From assembly GCF_018977255.1 (NCBI RefSeq), contig NW_024705358.1:1-51837 (forward strand): 51,837 nt of DNA, given 5' to 3'. Shown here in pieces: positions 38,779-47,984 of the stretch. Source of the DNA: Callorhinchus milii. Lineage: Eukaryota. The position numbers and the translations under genes were made by a program. Under the pieces are notes generated by a model. It searched no databases, was not told where the DNA came from, and was given only the letters and a program-made list of their open reading frames with translations. Position 1 is the first letter of the stretch. Every line of letters starts with the position of its first letter.

Positions 38779-40973
38779 TTTCTTGTTAGAATCCTACTTG
38801 ATTTACTCCCGCACACAGAGGCACTCTATTGTACCCCATGTGGGTATCTTGTGCTCGTGATGATTTTATCACTGCATGGCTCACCAACCTAACCTCAAAG
38901 TGGCCAGAAACAGCGACTGTGGGTGGTGCGTCACTTCCATACCGGGAGGAATGAAAACACGAGTCGCTGCAATGCCACATCTCAATACTAATTACAGTCT
39001 TCGTATTTTAATCAATATAGTTAATCGCCTATTTATTCAACTAAGCCATTCTTTGAGCAGTCTAGCACCTCCACCGAGGTGCGTACAGCCTCTGTTTTCC
39101 GAGTGACTAATTGCTCACTTCGCTGTGCCATGACACAAAGGTTTTCCTTTTTTTTTATATGGAGAAGTGTCATGGGTCATTCGCCATCCACAAGCAAGCA
39201 GCTCACACGTCAGCCTCGTCGTCTCCTGTTGTTGTTGTTCGTCTCCTGTGTTGTCGTTGTTCGTGATCTCTCCCGAACCAGCCGGCCGCGAAAACCACCA
39301 AGCCGCTCTCATGCCGGCCACATAATTATTAATCCCGTCCTGCTCTCTGTGAGGCTGCCCAGCAGGCATCTGTTGTGGTTCCCTGCGGTAGCGCGGCGTG
39401 CACTTTTATGCCCGACCACGGGAGGTTGCGTCTGAGGCCCGCTCGTTCTTCGCCCCTTCCTGGCCGGTCCCTTTCCCGCGAAACTGTAGTAATGACATCT
39501 GACCTTTTTGCCTGGTGCTGCCTCGTTAGTGGCATGGGAATGCAAGGCTAATCGTCTAATCTTGTACCGCCTGTTGTAAAGAATACCTCTCCGGCCCTTT
39601 CCCCAATAACAAAAAGCTCCCCGTCTGGCCCGGTTATTAGAGGTAATTATGGTGACTCGCGTTCTGTGACCGTATAGCCTTACCTTGTTTAGCGCAGCCA
39701 AAAAAAAACCCATTTACTTTGTTGTGGCTTTGGCTTTATTGGAACCTTCTGCTGCGGGACCATGAGTGGCTGGCCTTGGATGCGCATGGTTTTTAATAAT
39801 AATACATTCCACCCTCGAAGTAACTAATTCACCGAAACAGATGCAAAAGTTATTTTAAATTAACATTTGATATTCTTTTTAGAGCTTTGACTTAATATTG
39901 AGCAAATGTTCGATTTGACTTTGCCATTTGCTTTCAGAGCGTCCGAAACCGCACGGCTCCGGTTAATCTGGGCAGCGTTACGAGCATCTTGCTGGCAGTC
40001 CCGTTCGTTTAATAGAAGTACAACCCCCACTGCCCCCCCTCCCTCCCCCCTCAACCGCTGCACATTTACTCTCAGCGCACACCCCTCCTGCAGAAGCTGA
40101 GGGCTGAGCATTGGCTCACTCCGTGTGCCGGTGGAGGCTGCGGTCGTGGCGGTGGAGGAGGAGGAGGCTTTCCGTGCTGGCATTTCCCGTCTGCGTGAGG
40201 CCCGGTTTCCTGCCGCAGAAGCCGCCACCAGCCGCATGGCAGCCCCTGCCGGCCCCCCCACCCTGCAGGCCCCCCACCCTGCCCCTCAGCACAGCCGTTC
40301 GAGAGGAAGCAATTCCCCTGCCTCTGTTTGGCTTGTGCCACTGATGGATTTGTTCTTGGGTGCGTTTGTGTGCGCATGTATGCACGCACGCGTGTTTGCG
40401 TGCGCGTGGAGAGGGTTGGCGTACGGGGGCAATCTAGTAGGAGGAGGTTGATTATCTGGACAGAAGTTAATATTTGTAATCTACGCCTTCCTGTTTGGAG
40501 ACCTTTCGTGGGAACGTGTGGCTGTCACCAAGTCCGATCGGGCACGTTAACGCGTGCGCGTGTGCACGTGTTTACGCCACACTCGTGTTAGCACTGAGGT
40601 CGGCAACGTTTTCTGCGTGCAAGCTCCGTCCTAATCCCTTATGTGATCATGGGTTGAGCAAAGCCATGGAGGGCATCGTTGACAAGAGGTTCATAATGCA
40701 CAGTGTCAGTTTTGACCTTAAACAAGGCATAGTCAAATTTCGATTTAAAGCTTTCGTGACTGCAGGGATTCATCTTCTTGGTTCTTTCGGTAAAGTCACG
40801 TAGAAGGGAAATAATAAAATAATACAAATAAAACATAATAAAATAAAAAAATCCGGTGTTGATATGTAAACTCCTTTGTCAAGGCGCTCTCCTTCCCCGA
40901 CCCAGCTTAAATATACGCTGCCAAGCTTGGCGGTGTTCATGGGGACGCTGTCTTTCCGACAGCTCTGTTTCTT

Positions 40974-41014
40974 CACCTGAGGACGGCTGCTTGCGTTGTG
41001 GCCGAAACGTCGTG
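40974..41014 (+). ncRNA. Minimal type I hammerhead ribozyme with intact core, sense to the Gli pre-mRNA
   Basis: CAC CUGAGGA C GGCUGC UUGCGUU GUGGCC GAAACGUC GUG. Stem II has 6 pairs (two G-U). Stem I extends to UUCUUCAC/GUGAGAA with one bulge. The predicted cut is 3' of C41011. Confidence 0.75.
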
Positions 41015-41071
41015 AGAATTTTTATTTATGATGTTTTATTATTATTTATTATTTCCTTCTACGTGACTTTA

Positions 41072-41733
41072 CCTTGCAAAAAGGTGTCAGTTTTGTTGCC
41101 AGATAGAAGGGTAAAGAACCAATTATCATATTTTTACTGGCAAATGAGGTCCCCATAGTGTAGATGCTTGCCCCGAGCTCTCATACTCTGATGGTGCATT
41201 GTCCTTGAGTTGTGCGCCTTTTGGCGTCATCTGGTCCAACCCATATGAGACTAGGCTCGAAGGAAAGCTGTCTCGGGTGTGGACCAATCAACTTCAAGGA
41301 CAGTGCACATTATCAGAGTTATGTTCTTTTGTTTGTATTATGACTGCAGTATTGCGGTCTATGCAAACATGACTCCTTGCAAAAAGTGTCAGTTTTGTTG
41401 CCAGATAGAAGGGTAAAGAACCAATTATCATATTTTACTGGCAAATGAGGTCCCCATAGTGTAGATGCTTGCCCCGAGCTCTCATACTCTGATGGTGCAT
41501 TGTCCTTGAGTTGTGCGCCTTTTGGCGTCATCTGGTCCAACCCATATGAGACTAGGCTCGAAGGAAAGCTGTCTCGGGTGTGGACCAATCAACTTCAAGG
41601 ACAGTGCACATTATCAGAGTTATGTTCTTTTGTTTGTATTATGACTGCAGGTATTGCGGTCTATGCAAACATGACTCCTTGCAAAAAGGTGTCAGTTTTG
41701 TTGCCAGATAGAAGGGTAAAGAACCAATTATCA
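41072..41733. repeat. Near-perfect tandem repeat, about 303-bp unit, 2.2 copies
   Basis: Units start CCTTGCAAAAAG(G)TGTCAG at 41072, 41375 and 41677. The differences seen are single-base indels in short homopolymers. Confidence 0.95.
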
Positions 41734-43559
41734 ACCAAGAAGAAGGCATAGTCAATCACGCAACTTGGACTGCATTCTTTTTCAAGTGTGTTAAAACTCC
41801 AAATCCAGCTGAACAAAACCTTAGTGGGGGTGGGGGGGGGAGGAAGAAAATGGAATAAGCACCCAGTTATGGAGTCTGGAGTGAAAGCATGGAAACTATT
41901 TTTTTTCGGTGCAGTATGGTGGGGTCTGAGTGACGAATTTGCAGGCGCCCACTAATGACGGCAACCTTTGAAAGCGCGGCGGTGGCGGCGTCGTGCAGCA
42001 GCACACACGTGTTCTACACACGCGGGAGAGTAGTCCTCCACCATTAGGAAACATCACTCCTGCTGTCGTTGGGTGCCGGGCGCCCTGCAGATGCACTCCA
42101 CCCTGCCGCACGGGAATTGAGGAATGCTTGAATTTTGTTAAAGCAGCTTGACGTCTTATGCTCTGGCTGAAGGATTTGTTTTCTTTGTGCGTCTCCACCG
42201 CAGCATTCTGCTAACGGATGTGTTTGACACAGATGGCAGTTATTAGAGGGAAGAAACCAGTAATGGATCAAATAATTTCCCCCATCGCCATTTTGTACCT
42301 TAATCCTCTCCGTGAGCACCTGAGTGCTGTTCAGCTTAGAGACCCACGTAGCTCCGTGTCGCTGGTCGGGTAGCTTGGCTCTAAATGGGGCAGCTTTGGG
42401 TATGAGATTCACACATGCCAATGATGTCTCAACACGGCCGGGTAGCAGCAGGAACATAAACGGAGGAACAGTGAAACACCATGAGGAGCCAGAGAGAACA
42501 AATGTAGATCTCAACCAGTTTACGGGATCCTTAGCGTATCACAAGAAGTGGCTAAATGTAATATTTGAAGGAGGAAAGTTAGATGCTAAGAAACAGCTAG
42601 TTTCTATTGACTGTAAAAAAAAGTGTGTCGCCACTTGAGTGATCATGGAGCAGTGGTTAATATCAGTTGATAGCCCGGTTTAAGTGGCGACAATTCCATA
42701 TTTCTATGGAAAAAGTGTACGAGTTATATATGGCTCGGCATAAAAGCTGGTTACCTGAACCTTTTACATTTAAGCAACGTGAGAAACTAATCGTTCTAAG
42801 TTAATATTTTTTTACAAGCGATTTAAGCAGCAATCTTGATTTTAAAACATTACAGTGTTTGAGAAAAAAAATTCAAGATTGGCAGAGGGCTTGAAAATTG
42901 TCATTTGGTGCAGATATATTTATCTTTCCACTCAATAAAATAAATAAATAGCCATAAATACCACTTTTCCGTTGTATGTTGTATTTAGATGTGTACAGTA
43001 TATAAATGCACATTTTTCAAAGCTTTTTGCTCATTATATGTTTCTACCACATTTTTGTACCCTGTAGGTATTTATATTTATGCCAAGTCTCCATGGAAAC
43101 AAAGATAACTATTGCTCAATGGGTTCTCATCTGGTACAATACGTTATCTATGTAGTGAGTCCAACTGAGTCGCAGACGTTGTCTTGGGAGCTACACTATT
43201 TATTACATCAACTCAACACAACATAACGTAACCTACGGTCGGGTGTTGAACACCAATCTAACCACGCTGGGCAGAACTAGACATGGTCCCGCTATTCCGG
43301 TCCGGACCACGAGCTGGGTTCCGGACCGCATGGCCCTCCCCATAGTTGCAGCAGCAATTTGGGAGATGTGCCACCGGCACCTGCGGACAATGCAACCAGG
43401 CCCTGTCCTCTGGCGACAATTGCACAGGGTAACACGGGCTCCCTTGAGCCGATCGTTGGCCAACTGTCTGGCCCGGGAGTTAGCATTGGCAGTTCCCACG
43501 GCTCGGAAAGTTTGGCAAGAGTGAAACGAACCGAATCAGAAATTTTGGACACTTTCGCG

Positions 43560-44270
43560 GCGGGCTAGCTTGTAACTGCACATCGATGGGATGATCATAG
43601 TCCTTCCCATACATCCAAAAGAAGGAGAGTAGCCAGTGGACGTATGAGGGGTCATCCTATAAGCGGCGAGATCCATAGGAATATGCAAGTCCCAATCGAC
43701 CTGTGACTCGCTGACCAAGTGACTCAACATGGAGGTCAGAGTGTAGGCATTCGACCATTCCATCTGTTGCGGGTGGTACGGTGACGTGCGTACCTGTTTT
43801 GTCCCCAGCAAATCGCAAACCTCACGCAGCAGCTTGGAGAAAATTTTTACCTTGATCCGTCAAGAGGTGCTCAGGGCACCCTTATCCAGAACATAGCCAT
43901 TGAGGAATGCCTCAGTAAGAGTCACAGCCGATTGATTCGGGAGCGGCCAGGCCATAGTCCAGCGTGAGAAATACTCAACGCCCACGAGCAAGTACCTATT
44001 TCCACGCGCGGAAGTAGGAAACGGCCCGAGAATATCGAAGGCAACAATTTCGTTAATACGCGACACCTGGATGGATTGCAGCGGAGGGCAACAAGATCTT
44101 GCTGGCGGCTTCCGCCGGGCACACTGTACGCAGCCCTTCAGCAGATCCTCGAAGTCGGAGGCCATGGCCGGTGAATAAAAATCCAATTTAAGAGCGGCCA
44201 GCGTCTTTTGCACTCCGAGATGCAACAATCGTTTATGTACAGCCCATACAACCTCGCCACACAGGGCAGT
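43560..44270 (-). pseudogene. Gypsy integrase (HHCC zinc-binding and DDE core), frameshifted and 3'-truncated
   Basis: VHKRLLHLGVQKT...GCVQCARRK; VAFDILGPFPTSARGNRYLLVGVEYFSRW; RTSPYHPQ; AAYRMTPHTSTGYSP. Confidence 0.9.
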
Positions 44271-44599
44271 AGGGACAACAATAGCATAACGGTGCAATCC
44301 TCCATCCCAATACATGAGCAGCCCGCCCCGCAGGACAAACGAGGTGACACTTCGCTGAGCCATGCTACCGGCGGTCTCCCTGACACGCCGGCGCAACTTA
44401 AGGAGAAACGCATCCTGCGCCTGCAGGCGTCCCCACACCTCGTATTCCAACCCGATAACGCATCCCATGCGGTAGGGACGTCGCCCGTCCCACCCATCGT
44501 GTCCGCAGCGGACGCAACGAGAGGGGAGGGGGAGGTCGACCCGGCCGGTCGACAACGACCAGAACCCGAAAAACAAGCACACTCCCCGCCACGGGCAAT

Positions 44600-44960
44600 C
44601 GCGATAGGGCGTCGGCGTTCGTATGGCGAGAACCCTTACGATAAATAACTTGGAATGAAAAATCCTGCAGGATTTCAAGCCAGCATGACAATTGACCTGA
44701 GGGCTGATCCACACACAGTGTCTACTGGAGCGCCGTGTGATCGGAGCGCACCTCAAAATGTCTCCCGTACAAGTATGGCCGATATTGTTGCGCAAAAACC
44801 ACTATGGCCAATAGTTCCCGGCGCGTTACGCAGTACCGCTGCTCGGCAGGAGACAGCACCCTGCTACCATACGCGACCACGTGCTCCACACCATTGACAA
44901 CCTGGGATAACACCGCACTAATGCCGGTATTACTGGCGTCCGTGTCCAAAACGAATGGCA
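44600..44960 (-). pseudogene. Gypsy RNase H
   Basis: FVLDTDASNTGISAVLSQ...VAYGSRVLSPAEQRYCVTRRELLAIV...YLYGRHFEVRSDH, followed by WLEILQDFSFQVIYRKG...NADALSRLP. Confidence 0.9.
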
Positions 44961-44999
44961 AAGCCGATAAAACTGCGTACTTCGCTGGCCAAGGTGGGG

Positions 45000-45720
45000 G
45001 TCGGCCACGTCCCAACGCAAGCAGTTTTCTCCGGGTCTGTTGCGATGCCCGATTCGCTATCTATATGGCCCAAGTATCGAACCGATTTTTGGAGTAGGTG
45101 ACATTTCTGGGGCTTGAATTTCAGGTCGGCTGCACGCATCTTAACGAAAACAGCCCACAGGCAATCCAAATGCTCATCAAACGTGCGACCGAAAACAATG
45201 ACGTAGTCCAAATATATTAGGCATGAATCCCACTGGAGGCCCGCTAAAACCAACTCCATTAGATGCTGAAAGGTGGCCGGCGCGGAGTGGAGCCCCATCG
45301 GAAGCCGGTTAAACTCAAACAACCCTTGCGGTGTTCTAAAAGCTGTCTTGGGCCTTGAAACCTCGTCAAGCGGCAGCTGCCAAAAGCCCGACAGAAGGTT
45401 AAGGGTGGAAAAGAACCACGCGCCACCAAAGCATCCAACGAATCGTCCATACGAGGCATCCGCAATAGAAACCTTGTTAAGCTTGCGGAAATCAACACAA
45501 AACCGCAAACTGCCGTCGTGCTTTTTAACAAGTATGATCGGAGCACCCCATGGCTGGTGGATGGCGAGATGATATCTGCGGCCAACATCTCATCAACCGC
45601 CGCCCGAACATGTTCCTTTTCGCCGGGCTCAGGCGGTAAGGATTCTGCCTAATCGGGGCGGCATTTCCCATGTCAATATGGTGGCTCAAAAGGGACATGT
45701 GACCGATATCAAATTTACTT
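45000..45720 (-). pseudogene. Gypsy reverse transcriptase, inactivated
   Basis: PIRQNPYRLS; RFCVDFRKLN; KTAFRTPQGLFEFNRLPMGLHSAPATFQ; catalytic YLDD changed to YLDY (45203-45205); KCHLLQKSVRYLGH; multiple frameshifts. Confidence 0.92.
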
Positions 45721-46259
45721 TTATTAAAAATGTCGGAAAATTTCCACAGGAGCGCTCTCAGCTTCCCCATTTGTCCCACGAATAAATCGCCACATTCAGA
45801 GCACAGTCCATATCCATCCAGCACTCATCTACCTCCCGAGGTCCGTGAGCCTGAACGCCGACCCCGACATTCCCACGACATCCTTCTCCGGACAGGCCGG
45901 AGACGCATGCGCAATCACGGAACCCTCCTGAATGACCGTCGTGTCCGACCCGGCATTAAGGACTTGTATGAAAGGTTCCTGGTCCCAGGACACCAGCGTC
46001 TGAGCCACTATGAGTGACATCCCCCGACTAAGCTTAATTGAGGGACCCAACACAATACCATCCCCCTCAGCGCGCACATCGAGCGGTTTACGCAATCGAA
46101 GGGGCACCAATATTTGCGTGCCGGGCGGAATCCGCACCGTTCGGCACGCAAGCGCTTGCACCGTGGCGTTAGCAGAACACATGCGGGTCGGAGATGGGAG
46201 AAATGCCATACGCCCTCCCGACAGCAATTCCAAACAACCCTGGTCGATACACATCTGGG

Positions 46260-46832
46260 GCATTTTGCCGAGGAAATCAGTTCCCAGTAAGCACGGAACA
46301 GCCAGGGCCGTAGAAACCAAAACATAGCCCGACAATTTGACAACGGCAATGCGCAACTCAACAGTTATTCGACCGATTATCCCCAACGATCCGCCGTTGG
46401 CGGTGATACATGGAGCATCCACCGGCTCCACATCCCGACATCGGGGGGGCAAAATATTGTAAATGAGTTCGGAAATAGTGGTTGAAGACGCGCCGGTGAC
46501 AACTAGCATGCAAATTTCAAACCCCTCAATGAACCCAAGCACAGCCGACGATCCCGCGGCCGCCGCAACCACTCGATGTGCCAGCTCAGACCACTGATCC
46601 GGTCGGAGCGGCCGCGCGTTGCGAACATACACCGACTCACCCCGAACCCGCACGCGACCCCGATGCAAATCGGACCCCCCCGATGGGTGAAGTGAACCCT
46701 GGGGCCGAGTGTGGGGTGCGCTGCGACTCGCCTTAGGAAGCAGAGAGTCATCGGAAGGCGGACATCTCGGGGGCCGCCGTCGAGGAACCCGGCAGCCCGA
46801 TTGGACGTGCCCCGCAGGCCGCAGTTGTAGCA
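46260..46832 (-). pseudogene. Gypsy gag CCHC zinc knuckle and aspartic protease, decayed
   Basis: CYNCGLR/GHVQSGC at 46792-46832 with a 1-nt frameshift. The protease reads MLVVTGASSTTIS (DTG changed to VTG)...CLLGTDFL. Confidence 0.85.
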
Positions 46833-47088
46833 TCTAACCACGCTACGGCAGAACTAGACACGGTCCCGCTATCCTGGTCCAGACCACGAGCTGGGTCCCG
46901 GACCGCGTGGCTGGAGGCTTCTTCAACTCGATGTGGATCTTCACTCACCATCAGTCAAGAACCCGAGCCCCACACGGGGCCCCCGTTATATCGGCCCGGG
47001 CTGGGGCTCGCTCCGCCTCTCGCCCCGCCCACCTTCTCGATCTCTCTGGCCCCTTCCGAAGGATCCCGAGAGCTCTTTTATACCACGT

Positions 47089-47097
47089 GACCACCCA
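47089..47097 (+). promoter_or_regulatory. Perfect GLI consensus site (GACCACCCA) inside the Gypsy element
   Basis: Exact 9-mer preceded by the E-box CACGTG. This is a motif match only. Confidence 0.2.
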
Positions 47098-47876
47098 GCG
47101 GCCCCCGTCCACCGGTGGCCCCCCTCCAATATCATCCGGTGACGTGTCGGCAGGTCAACCAGTGTGTCATGCCCCTACGTAACCCTGGCTGGCTGACACT
47201 CTCTCTCGCTCCCTCACCGGGAGCCCGCACCGCACACTGTACGTGGTGCTCTGCGCTAACCAGCACTCACCCAAGCCCCGCTAGGGCTGGTACTACGCCC
47301 AGTAACCGGGCTGCACATAATGACAACATATTATCCGCCATGGCCTCGCAAGCCCGGCACCACACAGGGACATTCACAGTCACTACATCTACATCACCAG
47401 TGACTCTCGCCATGAACCCAACATTGTTATCCATTTACATCGTGCATTGACGCAGCCTCATTTCCAGCGACGTATTGCTACGGCTGAAGCGCTCCTGATC
47501 AGAAAAAAGTCCACACTCGGCATGCACGTCCTAAACTCTGACGTTAAACCGGTAACAAGTGTGTGGGTGCTCGTTCCCTTCCAAAATGTGTCAAATCTGC
47601 AGGAACAAACGAGCGTGCCTCCATTCCCCATGGATGTCCACGTCCTACTGTTTCTGTGCAGTGCCTTGAGATGTGGGTGCAAGTAGAGGACGTGTTATAA
47701 ACCCACATTGTATTGCATTGCATCTTGTTTCATCACCCCCTGAGTGTATTTACTGGCTTGAATTGTGCTTGGACTCGGTCGATGTGCCGTTGGCTTCGTT
47801 GGTGATAATTAACTACAACCGCACTTGAAGCTTTTGCGCTGACACCCCCCCCCCCCCATCTCTTGTTGTTGTGCAG

Positions 47877-47984
47877 CCGCTCCTCACCCGCTCTTCCCGG
47901 CGTTCCACCCGCCGATCCCCCTGGACAGCCGCCACCACGAGGGCCGCTACTACTTCGAGCCGCCCCATCTCCACCCTTGCATGG
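47877..47984 (+). CDS. GLI3: Gli2/3-family coding exon equivalent to human GLI3 exon 4 (apparent 1-nt deletion near 47963-47972)
   Basis: Acceptor tcttgttgttgtgcag| and donor |GTAAGG. It translates (A)[28 protein letters not shown]...PPLHG, against GLI3 [36 protein letters not shown]. The phase 1 start joins the 31389 donor. The ORF track misses this frame. Confidence 0.93.

Larger units (their letters stand above)
40737..41742 (+). mobile_element. Composite Penelope-like insertion: inverted pLTR tail, pLTR with hammerhead, and a captured tandem repeat, bounded by a 13-bp direct repeat
   Basis: AAGGCATAGTCAA occurs at 40724-40736 and 41743-41755. Inverted repeats lie at 40789-40851 and 41019-41073. 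The pLTR tail is split into CTACGTGACTTTACC (to 41073) and AACCAAGAAG (41733-41742). Confidence 0.7.
43151..47387 (-). mobile_element. Decayed, rearranged Ty3/Gypsy LTR retrotransposon
   Basis: Termini TGTAGTGA (43151) and TCACTACA (47387), with a 4-bp TSD TCTA at 43147-43150 and 47388-47391. Domain order on the minus strand is gag knuckle-PR-RT-RH-IN. A minus-strand AATAAA lies near 43200. Confidence 0.93.

Noticed and set aside
39860..40451. Overlapping GC-rich ORFs with Ala/Ser/Glu runs
   Set aside because: Low-complexity, stop-poor intron DNA with no Gli similarity. The exon 3 and exon 4 equivalents join directly without it.
41072..41733. Tandem repeat as a CRISPR array or coding repeat
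   Set aside because: Whole 303-bp units repeat with no unique spacers, the context is eukaryotic, and no frame gives a recognisable protein.
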